Origin: Macrostomum hystrix
Lineage: Eukaryota > Animalia > Platyhelminthes
Direction: 5' to 3'
DNA: 64,000 bases
NCBI GenBank assembly: GCA_950097015.1
Contig: CATNEN010000007.1
Span: 496,001 to 560,000 of the forward strand
The notes under the pieces were generated by a model, which saw only the letters and a list, made by a program, of their open reading frames with translations, was not told where the DNA came from and did no database searches. Position numbers and translations under genes: made by a program. This document shows, one piece after another, positions 12,945-26,414 of the stretch. Numbering within the stretch: position 1 is the first letter of the stretch; the number at the start of each line of letters is the position of its first letter.

Positions 12945-13305
12945 ACGGGAGATAGGAGAGATGAGACAGGAGAGAGATGAGACAGGAGAGAGATGAGACA
13001 GGAGAGAGATTAGACAGGAGAGAGATGAGATAGGAGAGAGATGAGACAGGAGAGAGATGAGACAGGAGAGAGATGAGACCCAGGAGAGAGATTAGATCCA
13101 GGGGAGAGATTAGACAGGAGAGAGATGAGTGCAGGAGAGAGATGAGACAGGAGAGAGAATAGACCAAGGAGAGATAAGACAGGAAAAAGTAGACGAGAGA
13201 GATGAGACACGGAAAAGATGAGACATCAGAAAGATGAGGCATGAGAGAGATAAGACACGAGAGATGAGAGACGGGCGGGTTTAGACAGGGGAGATGAGGC
13301 AGGGG
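12945..13305. repeat. 16 bp purine-rich minisatellite (atgagacaggagagag)
   Basis: 16 bp period; resembles the reverse complement of the 8405-8697 array. Confidence 0.93.
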
Positions 13306-14221
13306 AGGCAAGAGATTGCTGAGACGGCTGCAGGTAGAGGCCAGGCAGCCTTTCCTGTCATAAAATAAACTTTGGTCTCATAGATTCGAACTCCTGACGT
13401 TTCTCCGAACTATGTTTAAAATTTCTGACTAAAAACAGTGCAAAGAATAGCAACAGACTATTGAGTTCTGTATTTCTTATCCAAGCCCCTCTAATCAGCA
13501 TTATTCTGTAATTTTGTTATATTCACACGTACTCGTGGTCTTCCATCCAATGTCAGTGATATGATTTAGGAGCGTAAGCTAATGATATGAGTAGTATGTC
13601 AAACATTTTTTCGAACACTTACAAAATTGGTATAAAGCAAACAGTTTTAATGCCAAAAATATAAGATAATAATATACCGCAAAAGAATACAGCAGATATA
13701 AAAACTGATTTTAAAACCAATCAATTAAGTAATCGACTTTAGTAGCAGGCGTCACTCATGACAAGAATTGTGCTACTTTTCGCTGGAACGAAACGTCTGC
13801 TTACTTGCAAGTGAAAACAGCTCTATCTTCACTCTATATTTTTTCACCACTGACCAATGACGAAGCTATTCCACCTGTCAATTTTGAGCTGAAAAAATTG
13901 CCGCGTCCAGCTCCGTGCACTCACCCCAGATTTGATGTGCTCAGCGGCAAATCTGGATTAAACTGGAGCCACCGGCCCTCCTGCTCTACCACTCACTGCT
14001 CTCGTCGCCTCCGCCCCAGCTCTTAAGGCACGCAGCTGCAGCATCTCTCACAATGTCTCTCTCCAAGGCTCTCTCTGTCTCGCCTCTCTTATTGGGTAAA
14101 AATAGACCAATGATAGTTTTATATCGAAGTGGCCCCAGCCCACTTGCCTTAGATGGCTCTCAAGCAGCACTGATGCCAAGCATACTATCGTGCAGCAGAT
14201 GGAGCACTTATCCTAAGCGAT

Positions 14222-17200
14222 ATGACGTTCACCTACTCCAGCCAGGTCAGCTCGGTGAAGCTGCTGGGCCTGCCGCGGCTGCTAAGAATCTGGCGCGCTT
14301 CGGTCTACAAGCTGGTGTTTCGGGAGATCCTCATCTTCATGCTGCTCTACTTCACCGTCAGCTGTGTGTACAGGCTGGCCCTGAACGACTCACAAAAGAA
14401 GTGGGTTGCTGTGCTCGTGTGCTCTCTAGTCCAACGCACTCTAAATTAAACTTTGTTTGTCCTACTAGTGACACTATCCTACAATGGCTTCTTGTCCCCC
14501 AAATCCCACAGCCTAACCTGAAGCAACATTTCCGACTCCCAAATCCTACAGTCCAATCTCAGACCAACCTTCCATCTCAGAGAAGGGCATTTGAAGTAAG
14601 CTCGTTAATCTTTACGAATCGCAGGATGTTTGAACGATTGGTTGTGTACAGCGGCACCTCAGAAAGCCTTCTGCCCGTGACTTTTGTGCTAGGATTCTAC
14701 GTGAGTGTTGTGGTGCAGCGATGGTGGTCGCAATTCATGAATATCGGATGGCCGGACAGGTGAGAGTGCCAATTAGGGCTGGTCAATCGGTGAGGTCTGT
14801 GATCTCTGTGTGCATGGAGATGAAGTTCTCAGTCCTCGCATTGCAGAATCATGGCCTACATCAGCGTACTCGTCACTGGCAACGATGAGCAGTCACGCAT
14901 GATGCGCAGGACCATGATCAGGTACCTCATGCTGTCTGAGGTGCTGCTGCTCATGAACATGAGCGCGCCGGTCAAGAAAAGATTCCCCGACCTGGAGAGT
15001 GTGGTGAAGCAAGGCGAGTGCAAATCATGGGGACCCGCCAAGACGGCTTTCAGTACCCGGGGGAATCACTCCGAGTATCTGCATCGTGAATTTTTTAGGA
15101 CCTTGATATGAAAAGCAGCCAAGAATTGTCCATGAAAAATTCAGTATACGCTAAAACTCTTCGAAGAATAGTTCTTAGTTAAAAAAACTCCCGAGAATAT
15201 ATTTAGGTTTTGAGTATACCAATTACCAATAGAGTTTTAGGTCGAATTCCCCCAGACCATTTTTTTTCTACTGAACGGAACAACGCAGGCAAACAAAACT
15301 CAAGAACACAGGTTCAATTTGTGTTGAGCACGATCTAAAACACAAATCGAGTCACCACCGCTCCAGAAATTCGAGATATTGAACGACTACGACAGAAGGT
15401 CCACTCTTCCCATAAGCCCTAATGTATTCAGTTCTGCACCTGCACCTCGATCAGTGCAACTTTTTTGAGCGTTCAATTTCGTCAGCATGACGACCATCCC
15501 AGCATTCAGTGTCCTGCAAGCTTTTACCATCTGGGCATTCAACGGGTTCCACCTGCTGACTACTCACTTATTTGTGAGTTTCTCCAATCAAACCCTGTAT
15601 GGGAAAGTACACCTAGCCTGTTGTATCTTTGTAAAATCACTGGCAGCGATTGCGTCACGATTGCGTCATGGTGTTGCTCCGTTCAGGAGCAGCGAAACAA
15701 TGTCCAGGGTGATGAAATATCTCCCACTGGCACTAAAACGGGCGGGAAAGTAGCGCGGCAATTCCTAAATGGGCGATTCGATTGTAAACATCCTCCCGCA
15801 GGTCTGATGACACGCCGCGAGCTGAAGCTGTACACCGATGAGCGCGCGCCGCACATCGCCGCCAAGTACTGGATCCCCTGCCAGTGGTGCGCGGTGCTGA
15901 TGGGCCGAGCTCGGCAGGAGAATAGAATCAAGGACAGCTTCGAGCTCATCAAACTGCTGGAGGTGGGACATTGGGTCTGAACTGAAGAGTTAAAAACAAG
16001 TGGATTTGAATGAGAACAAAAATAGCTTCAGAGAAGGGAATAATGCAGGGCTTACTAAATTATAATGGCTGTTTACGTGTTTATTTGCTTTTTATGAGGC
16101 TCTTAGTGCTTGAAATTGTTAACAAATGCGTTTTCAAGGCACAAATGTTTGATGGCGAAACTTCCAACGCCCTCAGCTTGAGCAGCTGCAGTACAGTGAA
16201 AGGGCGGGCTGCTAGTTTTCAGTGTGACACAATAAATTTCACGCAAGGAGAGCCCGACGACCCCCTAGTCTAGTTTAATAATTTAAAAGGCTCATATGAA
16301 ACTACAAGAACAATGCGTCCGAGCTACCTTGTCGAGAGTACTGACCCCATTATTCGGAGATGAGAATTAGAGCTCACAGGCTTGCTAACGGAGACAACAT
16401 CAAAGCAAGAAATGAGTATGAGTTTTGCTTAAAGCTGTCTTATCTTTCCTTTTCCATCCATAAGTTTTGTTAGCTATTCATTTTGACGTATGGGTTAGAC
16501 ACTCCTTCACTGTCTAGCAGAGGCTAGTTGCAAATGACCTTCATGGAACTTTTCACACTTTTGTGTTAAAAAAATGCGTCGTATCACTGGCAGGAACTAA
16601 CCGAGTACAAGAACTGTCTGAAGGCCATCTTCTCCTACGATTGGGTCTGCCTGCCACTGGTTTACACACAGGTGAGGCTAATTACTGCGTCTGACAGTCA
16701 GCATAAGAAGCATTCTCCCACAATGCTCAATCAAACCGCATGGCACCGCACAGGTGGCCACCGTGGCGGTGTACGCATTCTTCTTCACAGCGATAATCTC
16801 GCGCCAGTTTGTGGACTACCACAGCGTGCGCACGGAGTTTGACGAGGACACATCGGCGCGGTTCGCCGTGGATATGTACGTGCCGCTGGAGGCCATCATG
16901 CAGCTGTTCTTCTACCTTGGATGGCTGAAGGTGAGTGTTGTGTCATATGACTTAAAAAATCATCAAGCAGTGCAGCGTCCAGAGATTTCAGAATCCACTG
17001 GATGTTCTTCCTTACCCTCACCCCTAATACTTTTTATTCTATTTCTACTAATTAGCCTGGATCAGATACCTCAATGATTTACACAGAATTAACTATAATG
17101 GAATTCTAAGGATTACTCACTGCGACACTAATCCTAATGGTATTTAACCCTTAGGCAAATTTTAACTCCGTTTCTAAGCTTCCTGTTTACTCGGGCGCAG

Positions 17201-19458
17201 TGCTTACTTTTTTAAACACTCGGTAGTTTACAGTGCTCATTGTAGCGTTTTGTTTCGCTTGAATAATTTTTTACAATACATTTATCCTCATACTTGACGC
17301 AATTTATAAGGGTATTTAGTGAGGTCAGACAAATTAGCTCACATTTTGCGTTTAATTTCTTTTTGAAATTACAGATGAACGTTAGCTTCAGTTTGATGAC
17401 ATAATGGCAATTTTAATGAAGTATCTCATTTGAAAATGCTTGAAGATTACACACAAAATTACTTGAAAAAACCTCGCGAACGACCAAGGGCGGAATTCCC
17501 TTCTGACAATTTTGTGCTGCACCCTAACGGAGCAACGCAAGCACACGAAACTCAAGAACACGGGCCAACTTTTTGTTGCGCATCTTTTAAACAAGAATCA
17601 AGTCTCCAGTTTTACAGACCGTCGAGATATCCAGTAGTTCTGGCCCAATGTGAGATTTTCCCCATAGGCGCTAGTGTATTTCATACAACCCTATACACGA
17701 ATTAGCACTGCGCCTCAGTGCGGCCTTGCCAGGCCTTCAAAATTGATCAACATGTCACCCGAATGTGCCTGCATCATCTCCGTCTTTAGTGGTCACCTAC
17801 CTCTATCTAGACAAACTGCTGGATCTTCAAGGGTTACAACAGGTGGAAATATGCCACTCTGGACACCCTGACGCGAATTTAGCGTTCTGGCGCCGCCAAA
17901 AAATATTTGTTTTCATAATGAAAAGTTAGAAATCCTTTCCTTTGGTATAAAAACGGGCGGCAAAATGGCTTTGTAGTTCTACTGTGAAAACAAGTGGTTA
18001 CATGGCTTTAAGTGCGAATTTAATTTGAAAGATCGTATAAATACTCATATCGTGTAGTCCAACCCCAGTGATTAGTAGGGCTTCGGACGTCTGACCGAGA
18101 AGTCGTGAGTTCGAATCTCAGACCAAAGTAACTACGAAGAATATGAACTTCCAGGTAGCCGAGCAGATGCTCAACCCTTTCGGAGAAGATGACGATGACT
18201 TTGAGTGCAACTTCATCATTGACCGCAACCTCAAGGTGGGCCTATTCTCAGTGGACCGAATGCTCACAATGCAGCCCGAGCTGGAGCGAGACGTCTGGTG
18301 GGACTCGGTTGACCCGCAGCTGCGCTACACCGAGGCGTCCGAGAGATTCGCCATGCCGGCCGGCTGGTTCGGCTCCACCGCCGATCTCAGCGTGTCATCG
18401 CCGACTCATCCGGCGGCGGCTGCGGCGGCGGCGCGCTCCCTCAAGACCATTCCAGAGGCTGGCGGCGCCAGTCAGTCTGCAGACGAGATCTCGGCAGCGT
18501 CGGAGGAGATGCGGACGAGAATTCACGCAAGTGAGAATTGTAGCTGGGAGCCGGGGCTGTCTCACCCTGTGACATCAAGATGTGACATCAACACGAACAC
18601 TGATGCGTCAAAGGGCAGTAAGCCGCATCCTAAATATTTAAGCTAAATAATAGGCTCAAAAATTAATGAATAAAAATTTTCGCTAAGCCGTCGTCAAGAC
18701 CTAGATTTATGGCTTGCATACGTGTAACATTTAACGTAACGAGGTAGCTTCGCAACCCATTAGCTAAAGAACACATTAAAATAGGAATAGACAGCCTTCG
18801 TTCCAGGCTAAAATTCTCAATTGAAAGTGCAGGGCAGTTTAACCCTGAATGCAGAACCAGCAACTGTGCGACTCTTCCAATCACAAGGGCACCACGATAC
18901 GATACGATACGCGCATTTGGAGGTTGACGACCGCGCAAACAGCACTTGGCCTCTGACTGATAATGAGGAACGGAATTTCTTCCCATGCTTTCCCTCCCAC
19001 TCCAATCGTTAAATAATAAAAATGCACCACCATAGAGAGAAAGAGCGAGAGGGAGATAGCGACGTGCAATCATCTGCAGTCCATTCCATGGAGAATCGGA
19101 AATGTGAGCACACAGAATCGTGTATAAACCGGATCGAACTGGTCACAACTATCTATACATGGGCGACCAGAGTGTTTTCTTAAAAAATATGTATAGCATA
19201 AAAATTTCCATTATAATTGTAGACAACAAGCGAGGTAGGCGAAGGTCTGACACAACTTCCTCCTCAATGTTCGGTTCTGGCCGGGCATCCAGTCAGAAAG
19301 GACGACTGCATTCATCGGCGCGGATGTTTGGCTCGACGCCCGACGCTCGGTTCAGCTCAGCATTCGCTGCGGGGATCAGCCCAGCCGAGTCCACTGGACA
19401 GCCGGAGTTCGACGGCCTGGTCCGTTCTGCAGAGGACGCACTTATAAAAATGCCCTAA
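14222..19458 (+). CDS. BEST: Bestrophin (Ca2+-activated anion channel)
   Basis: Exons 14222-14400, 14625-14759, 14847-15013 (GC donor), 15802-15962, 16594-16671, 16754-16930, 18155-18530; last exon 19223-19458 is tentative. Motifs: MTFTYS...WRASVYKL, FVLGFYV...RWW, KKRFPD (RFP), YDWVCLPLVYTQV, NPFGEDDDDFE Ca2+ clasp. Confidence 0.95.
15235..15440 (+). repeat. Interspersed repeat, family C (second copy at ~17485-17700)
   Basis: Shared blocks gaattccc..., aacgga.caacgca.gca.ac.aaactcaagaacac.gg, tcgagatat, ttcccata.gc.cta.tgtatt in two bestrophin introns. Confidence 0.6.
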
Positions 19459-19969
19459 TTAATTACCTAATTTGAATTCTTTATCAGGCCTCGTCAAGTA
19501 GAAGTCAGCGTAATGTCGCAACGCAAATAAACGAGGTAGTCCGTATTTTCCAGTCATGTTTTACCGAGCGTTCATATACTAAACTGTAGAAATGTACAGT
19601 AGAAATGTAAATGTTAATGTACAGCAGTTCCTTCTGCATCACACGCACGTTTACTTTTAAATTTCTCTAAATAAGCATGTTTTTGTAAGCTAGAGCGAAT
19701 TTTTATTGAAGCGAGTTCTTCGTCTACCATAGGCTTACAAAAATATAGTATAATTCCACCCTGACGTCGAAGAAGTACTTCGACTCGTAAGTTTTGTGCA
19801 GAAGCGCTGACAACATCAATCTCTGAATTCTAATATACTAAAAATGAAAATCTTGCTTGCTTGCTTGCTTGCTTGTTCGTAATATAAATCTAACATCGAT
19901 TTGAATCTGCAGTACAAGTAATTTAGAAAAAACTTTTCTACGCACTTTCGCATGACAATTTCACATTTG

Positions 19970-20498
19970 GGCAATGTCCTTGTTTCCGCGTGATTTTGGG
20001 CTCAAATTGTAAGGAAACAAACAAAAGCAAGTTTATTAAAGCAGTAAAACAGGTCAAAGCTTCAGAAACATTACTACACAGAATAGTCATTGACCAGCCA
20101 GTACAGAAAGTTGCCAAAACTCTTCTCTGGTAGAGCTGGCGCCAGAGGAACTCGTTTAGGTGGGAGTCAAAAAGCTCGTCATTTCATGCTGACAATGTGA
20201 CAAAAACTGTTGAGTTGACTAAACACTGTCAGTAGCACCAGATCGTGGTGAGTGATCTCAAGGTCACAGCGGTCGGCCGATGGCCAGTGACGACCTTTTT
20301 AAATCCCACCTCGGCGAGTTCCTCTGGCGCATGAAAGAAAAGTTTTGTCAACTTTCTGCAATAGCTGACACATTGCTATGCTGTGCAATATTGTTTCTCA
20401 AGCGTTATGAACTGTTTTACTGTTTTAATAAACTTGCTTTTTTCGTTTGCTTACAATTTGGGGTCAAAATAATTTAACGCGGAAATGAGGACATTGCT
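19970..20498. mobile_element. Palindromic (foldback) element made of two inverted Merlin/IS1595-like right ends
   Basis: Arms ~19970-20185 and ~20285-20498 are diverged reverse complements with termini ggcaatgtcc...ggacattgct. They encode DELFDSHLNEFLWR (-) and DDLFKSHLGEFLWR (+), resembling the C-terminal motif of ISXO2/Merlin transposases. No TSD seen. Confidence 0.6.
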
Positions 20499-21297
20499 TG
20501 AAATTTAACTTTCTTCACGGATTTGAACTACTTAATCAAATAAATATTGATAATTCATTTCAAGTACAACATATTGTTATCAGTTTACTAATTACAATTT
20601 ACTAAAACATTTTATCAATATAAACCTTGATGAAAGTTTTTTAATAATCTGAAAGGTTAAAAGTACTAATTGTGTATCACACTTTTTTAGTTTACACATG
20701 GGTGAGCTTTTTATAATAAGTGAAGATAAATTTAAATTGTTATGTAAACACTAATTAGGATCTTATTAATATGAATAATGTATCTACTTAGCTTTTGTTC
20801 GAAAATAACGGACACTGTAGGTACACATAAATTAAAATCGAATCATATTTTGTTCCTAAGTTTTAGGGCATTAAAAAAATTAAAAATAGTATGACTTCCT
20901 TATTCTTTGAAACTAATTCATTTTATTTTAATTGTTTTCTTTAACCCATTTCTAAAATAAAAAAGTATAAATATTTTAAATAAATAGTATTTGTTTCTTT
21001 TTGTTCGACTCTGAATGCAAACAAATCTCTTTTGCATGTGCAGTCAATTATTCTTTAAAAAATGTTGTCAAAGTTTCAGAATGCTATTATATAGGCAGTG
21101 GCTAGGCTATGTATTTAAACTGTAAAAAGAAAGTACACAATTAAAAAATAAATAGAATGCTGGAATGAGACATTTTCTCATATTTTCTTAGATTAGATAT
21201 TTTTACTGCTAAAATATTTTTTTATTATCACTAGGCCTACTCTGTACTTCTAGATGAATATTGTATACAAGTAATTTACTAGTTTGCTTTTCGATTA

Positions 21298-21665
21298 GGG
21301 AGGTGAGTGGCAGAGTTATCACATTTGCCTCTCGCACCATGGTCCCTAAGTTCGATTCTACAGCGAGGCCACATTTATTTGGGGCACCTCTGCTTTGGGG
21401 CTTGTCGTGCAATTGAGTAATTGACACCCTTGAGGACCAACCTCCAAGACACAGTGAAGTGTAAACTGCCTGATGATGAGAAAGTCTGGGTAGACGTATT
21501 TGTATTTGTATTTTATATTATACAGTATATTATATTATACAGTAAATACTATATTATACAGTATTTGTGTGTGTGTGATCTCAGGAGTCAGCAAAATGGG
21601 CAGAATTGCCTCCTCGCTGGCGGCGGGTCTAGTGTCACTAAATGATGTTCCATTGCCTTCAGCCC
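21298..21665 (+). mobile_element. SINE-like family A copy, interrupted by a TA-rich microsatellite
   Basis: ctctcgcaccatggtccctaagttcgattc head; gatgagaaagtc; ctcaggagtcagc. Confidence 0.6.
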
Positions 21666-22143
21666 TCCTACAATTACATGTATTATTATATTATTTTTAT
21701 TTTACTATTATTGCTTTTCCATTTGATCAAGCAAAGCAAGATTATATTCTAGCTATAATTGTAAAGAATCTAATAGGTATGGTCTTTAATAAAAAATGTA
21801 AACTTTTATGTATGAATACTATCCTTAATGTTTAAATGTATAATTTTGCATGATAATAGTTGTAAACTTTTTTCTATTTAATATTTAAATTATGAGTTTT
21901 AATTCCTGCATAAATGCAAACCATTGAACACAGAATTAAAATTTGCACTACCCACCTCTACAGATAGATCAAGATGTTCTGAACTGAATGAATTTCAATT
22001 CAATTGAACTGAATGAATCACTAACTGGCAATGTCATAACTAAAAACTGAAACTTAAATCTCTATATCTACTTATAACTTATTAATATGTATTTTCAATG
22101 AATTCTGCAGATTAGGCTTTAAGGCATCAAAGCAAATAAGACA

Positions 22144-25100
22144 ATGGCATTAACAAATGCCATTGACCTGACAGCCAGCAACACAGAAGCCTCAGATGGC
22201 GAAGGGGACAACTCGCCACTGTTGCGTCATTCGGGCGATCAACTTGATATTGAAACCGCAGCCAATGGGCAGCATAGTAGAGCCAGCGACTTGCCATCAG
22301 TTTTTGTTGAAGAGCCGCCAACCCCAACACCTCGGCCAAAGCAATGGCCCCATGTAGTGAAGGAAATTCTATCTACCGAGCAACGCTACCAATCTGAAAT
22401 GTCCGGCCTCGCTGATGCCTTCATTGCGCAGCCTCTGGGTGACAAATTCCCCACAGAGAAGGTGCTGCTGAACTTAACTGAGGTGGTCGAGGCCTCTCGT
22501 CTTCTACTGGTAGACTTGGAGGCAGCTGCCAGTGTTGAAAAGGGCGACATTGGTCGAGTGTTCGTGAAACATGGCGACAGCATCAGCCGCGCCTACCTGC
22601 CGTTCTGCCGAGGCGTCAAGGCGGCTATCAAAAGAGCCGAAACTTTGCAGGCAAATGGCTCACCTTGGGCTGAGCAGATCACTCGGCGCATGGAGTCCTT
22701 GGCGCCAGGTTCGCAATTTCGATTAGATTCGTTTCTGATCAAGCCTTTGCAGCGCATCACCAGATATCCACTGCTACTCAGGGAGCTGCTCAAACAGGGC
22801 TATCCATATCCAGAGTCTGTTAGTAGGGCCAGCGAGATTATCACGGACGCTCTGCGCCGAGTCAACGAGGATGTGCGAGTGCACGAGCTTCTAAGTCGGT
22901 GAGTAGCAGGTTGAATAATATTTTGCTTAGTCACGTGAAACATGTATTTGTGGGTTCTGCTGAGCAGTTAAAAATAACAGACTGTAATTTTATTTATTAG
23001 CAAAGTCCAGTAGTAACTCTGCACTCAGAAAAATTTTCTCGCTGGAGGGCTGTGGGCCAAATCATGGGATGGGACACATCATTTGGTGACAGTAGACTTT
23101 GCAGCCAGCGAAGAGCGAATTACTGAATCCTGAACACACGCACACGCAGGTACACACACACACTGTAGTGTACATCTGCACTGAATTTCTCATTTTAAGC
23201 CTCTCAACAAGCCCCCAAGTCTTCACTATGCTGCTGCGTCCCAAATGAATGTACTCTTGGCCCCTTATCGCGGATTAGAGCTCAGGGAACTTGTTAAGCG
23301 CTCTGTCAAACACTCCCTGCGAACTCGGAACTGTGAATGAAGTTGTATTAAAATATTCTGCCAGCTACCTGATGCCGGAGGACTGGCTCCAGCACCAGCC
23401 GCAGCGGCCCCGCTGGGACAGCCTGATCCGCACACTGGACAAGAAGAGCGGCCGTCTCGGCACCTTCCTTCAGGAGCGCCTGTCTGGCCAGGTCTCGGCC
23501 ACGGCTGACCCGGAACTGCGCTACCTGGTCAGCAAGTTCACCGACTGTCGCCAGCTGGTTGAATTCAGCCTGCAGCGCTGCAATCGATTGGTGCGGAAGA
23601 GTTTCCGCTGCGTGCAATGCCTGGCTATTGCGCACAGGTGCCTAGGCGAATTGGCGCCCTCGTCTGTAGCTGCCTGGCCGGAGGACGCCTTGCTGGGAGC
23701 TGCAGAAGGCGGCGCTTCTCAAGCTCGTTGGGGCAGGCTCCTGACTGACGCTGAGCTGCTGGTTTTTGAGCCACTGAAGAGTCTGCTGGTCTGTTTTGCC
23801 GGTGAGTTGTCCTCTTTAAAGTTTTGTTTATACCCAGGCGGTATTACTAGTATAATAATAATAGTTGATTACACCTGCCCCTATCGGGGCACGTGTGCAG
23901 CTGACAGCACAGCAGCTATTGCGCGGCGCATCTGCAGCAGTGCGTACGCCTGTTCAGTCGATGGACTGGGGGCGCCACACCACCCCAAATTACCCCAGCT
24001 AATGCTGGTACCCATTTAACAGCTGGGTGAACTGAAGCAATGCGGACTTAAATGCTTAGTGTAGTCAGGAATCGAACACCCGACGTTTAGGTCGCGAGTC
24101 CGGCACTCTAAACACTAGGCCACAATCCCCAAGGTCATACAAATCCACTTATTAAATCTAGTACACGAGAATGCCGTTTGTATTTGTGCAGTTATTTTTA
24201 TACGCATACATTTTCGGATCAACCTAACGAGCTATCCCAGAACTGCAGAGCTAACAGGCCCTAAGTTTTCTTTTGCTACGCTTCCAAAATAGCCACCTTT
24301 GATTTGTTTTGCTGCTAGTCTGAAATGAATAATTTTTCAACCCACGCAGTTTAGCATGCGAAGTTTATCATTTCAATGGTGTTTGTAGTATTCGATAAGC
24401 TATTTTTAGCGAGCATGGAACTGTGTAAGTTCAGTTTTACTTAAAGACATGCGATTCCTTCCAAGAAATCTTAATGTATTTGGCGACACATACAAACACA
24501 TACGATTTCGTGCTGGATTTTGTCTGGGCACACATAAAAGCTTTAGGTTCGCGCTAAGAAGAAATATATTGAATAGGCAAATGAAAAAAGCAGCTCATGT
24601 ACTCAATTCTAATCTTGAAATTATATATTCTATGGTTCTGATATTATAAAACAAACCTCCTGTAACATTTTTACACGGTACCGTGCGATGGAGTTGCTAG
24701 AGAAAGTGATAGGTAGGGCTGAGTAGGTTGACCACATGGCGTTGGGGTGTCGGTAGTTCGAATAAGGTTGAGTGGCAGAGTAGTCTGATGAGTTCGCCTC
24801 TCGCACCAAGGTCCCTGAGCTCGATTCCGCAGTAAGGGCGCAGCCGCCGAGAGAATGCTTGGAGGCTTGTAGTCCAATTTGCGAGGCACAGTGAGAGTGT
24901 ACATTGCTTCACAATGAGAACCTCAAGGCAGATGCACACACCTGTGTCGTACTGTACCTCTGTGCGTGTGCTCAGGGGTCAGCGGGATTGGGAGAATGGC
25001 CTCCTCTCTGGCTGTGGATCGACTGTCACCAAATGATGTGTCTGTGCCAATGCCCGAGTCATTCGACTGTACAAATTCTCGGCTGCGTTGTGCAACCTTC

Positions 25101-26414
25101 AGAAAGGGTCTCGCTTTCACCGTAAATTAACGAGATAGTTTTGTGCATTTACTGTCGCGCCGTAGTTATAAAATATTTCTCAAAACGCCTTACCTTGAGC
25201 CCATCCCTGCCCGTGCGTGAATTTCCCAGGTCCGCTACGCTTAATTGACGCGTGCGAGCGCAAGCGCTTGGACTACGAGCGCGTGCTGCGCCGCTCCCAG
25301 CCCGACCCGATGGCGGAGGACTCCGCCAGGCAGGACTTCGTCGCCCTCAGTGGACGGTTGAAGGAGGAGCTACCGGAACTAACCAGCCTGTCCATGCAGT
25401 TGCTGAATCGCTCTCTGGTCTGTTTTTTCCGTCTGCTTCAACTGGCAAACAGCGAAGCTTGCCAGCTGATTGAAGAAGCTTATCCGTGCGACGGAGAGGC
25501 GGCGCCAATCGACCAGGAGCTGGCAGCCTGGATGCAACGACTAGCCGCCATTCCCGCACTCGCTGAAGCCTGCCTGCTACAGGAACTGGAAGAGTACGCG
25601 ATCGCTCCAGTCGGTGCTGGCAGTGACGAAGACTTCGCCGACTCTTCTGCTGTCGCTCAGGCGCCACCGACTCTAGGCTTCCGTCCACCCACAGCGATTC
25701 GTCAGTCTGACGACTATCGAAGCCGGCTGGTTGGAAAATACAAAATGTCTCAATTGCGTCGAGTTGTTCGGGAGCACCAAGCCGACGCCGCCAAGCGCGA
25801 AGTGGACGCTTGTCAGGTGAGCTTTGGTGTGATATTTATGTTGCGATTTTTTTTGCTTTTACATTTTTTGCGTTAAATCTCTGCAGGGTGACCTGGTGGC
25901 TGTTCTCATGTCGAACTACCCGTCCAGACCATCCTACTCACTGGTGGATACTGGCACATCAATTGGACTGATTCCCAGCGACCTGCTGTCCACAAAAGAG
26001 TTGTCGTCGGCAATGCCCAGGCCGGCGAAGCAGCCAGCCACTGTTTGGTACCTGGAGCCCGAGCGAGTGTTTCCTCACCTGCTTGAGCCGCCGCCTTCGT
26101 ATGAGACTGCAACTGCTCGAGCAGAGGCCTGCACTGAACACTTCAGCGACTGTAAGAAGCCACCCACACTGCCCCCGCTGCCTCCGCTGCCAACAGTTGA
26201 TCTGCAGCAGCCATCAGCGTCGACCAGTCACTCTAACCCTGTCAGCGTGGAGGCCGCCAGCACTGCTCTGGAAACTGAACTGGACGAATATTTAAATGTC
26301 AAAGAATCTGGAGAAGACATTGAGGCATTGTTAGAAGCAACAATTGATTCTGTCAGTCTGGATCAGATCCTTGATCAGGCATTCCAGTATAACTCAGTGG
26401 TTGGTAAGCAATAG
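22144..26414 (+). CDS. Rho GEF with DH-BAR-SH3 architecture (Tuba/DNMBP-ARHGEF37/38-like)
   Basis: Exons 22144-22898, 23365-23801, 25230-25816, 25887-26414 join in phase. DH motifs VKEILSTEQRY and LDSFLIKPLQRITRYPLLL. Helical BAR-like region GPLRLIDACERKRLDY...LKEELPEL. Degenerate SH3 split by the last intron (VVREHQAD...GDLVAV...GLIPSDLL). Confidence 0.85.
23055..23292 (-). mobile_element. SINE-like family A copy (intronic)
   Basis: Reverse complement of family A blocks (cacatcatttggtgac, caagccccc, agagctcaggga). Confidence 0.5.
23870..24125 (-). mobile_element. SINE-like family B copy (intronic)
   Basis: cccatttaacagctgggtgaac, aattaccccagc, ggaatcgaac: reverse complement of family B. 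Confidence 0.6.
24766..25062 (+). mobile_element. SINE-like family A copy (intronic)
   Basis: ctctcgcaccaaggtccctgagctcgattcc head and family A body. Confidence 0.6.

Noticed and set aside
18050-18125. tRNA gene (gagttcgaatc; similar B-boxes at ~8140, ~13385)
   Set aside because: No complete cloverleaf or acceptor stem; consistent with decayed SINE heads.
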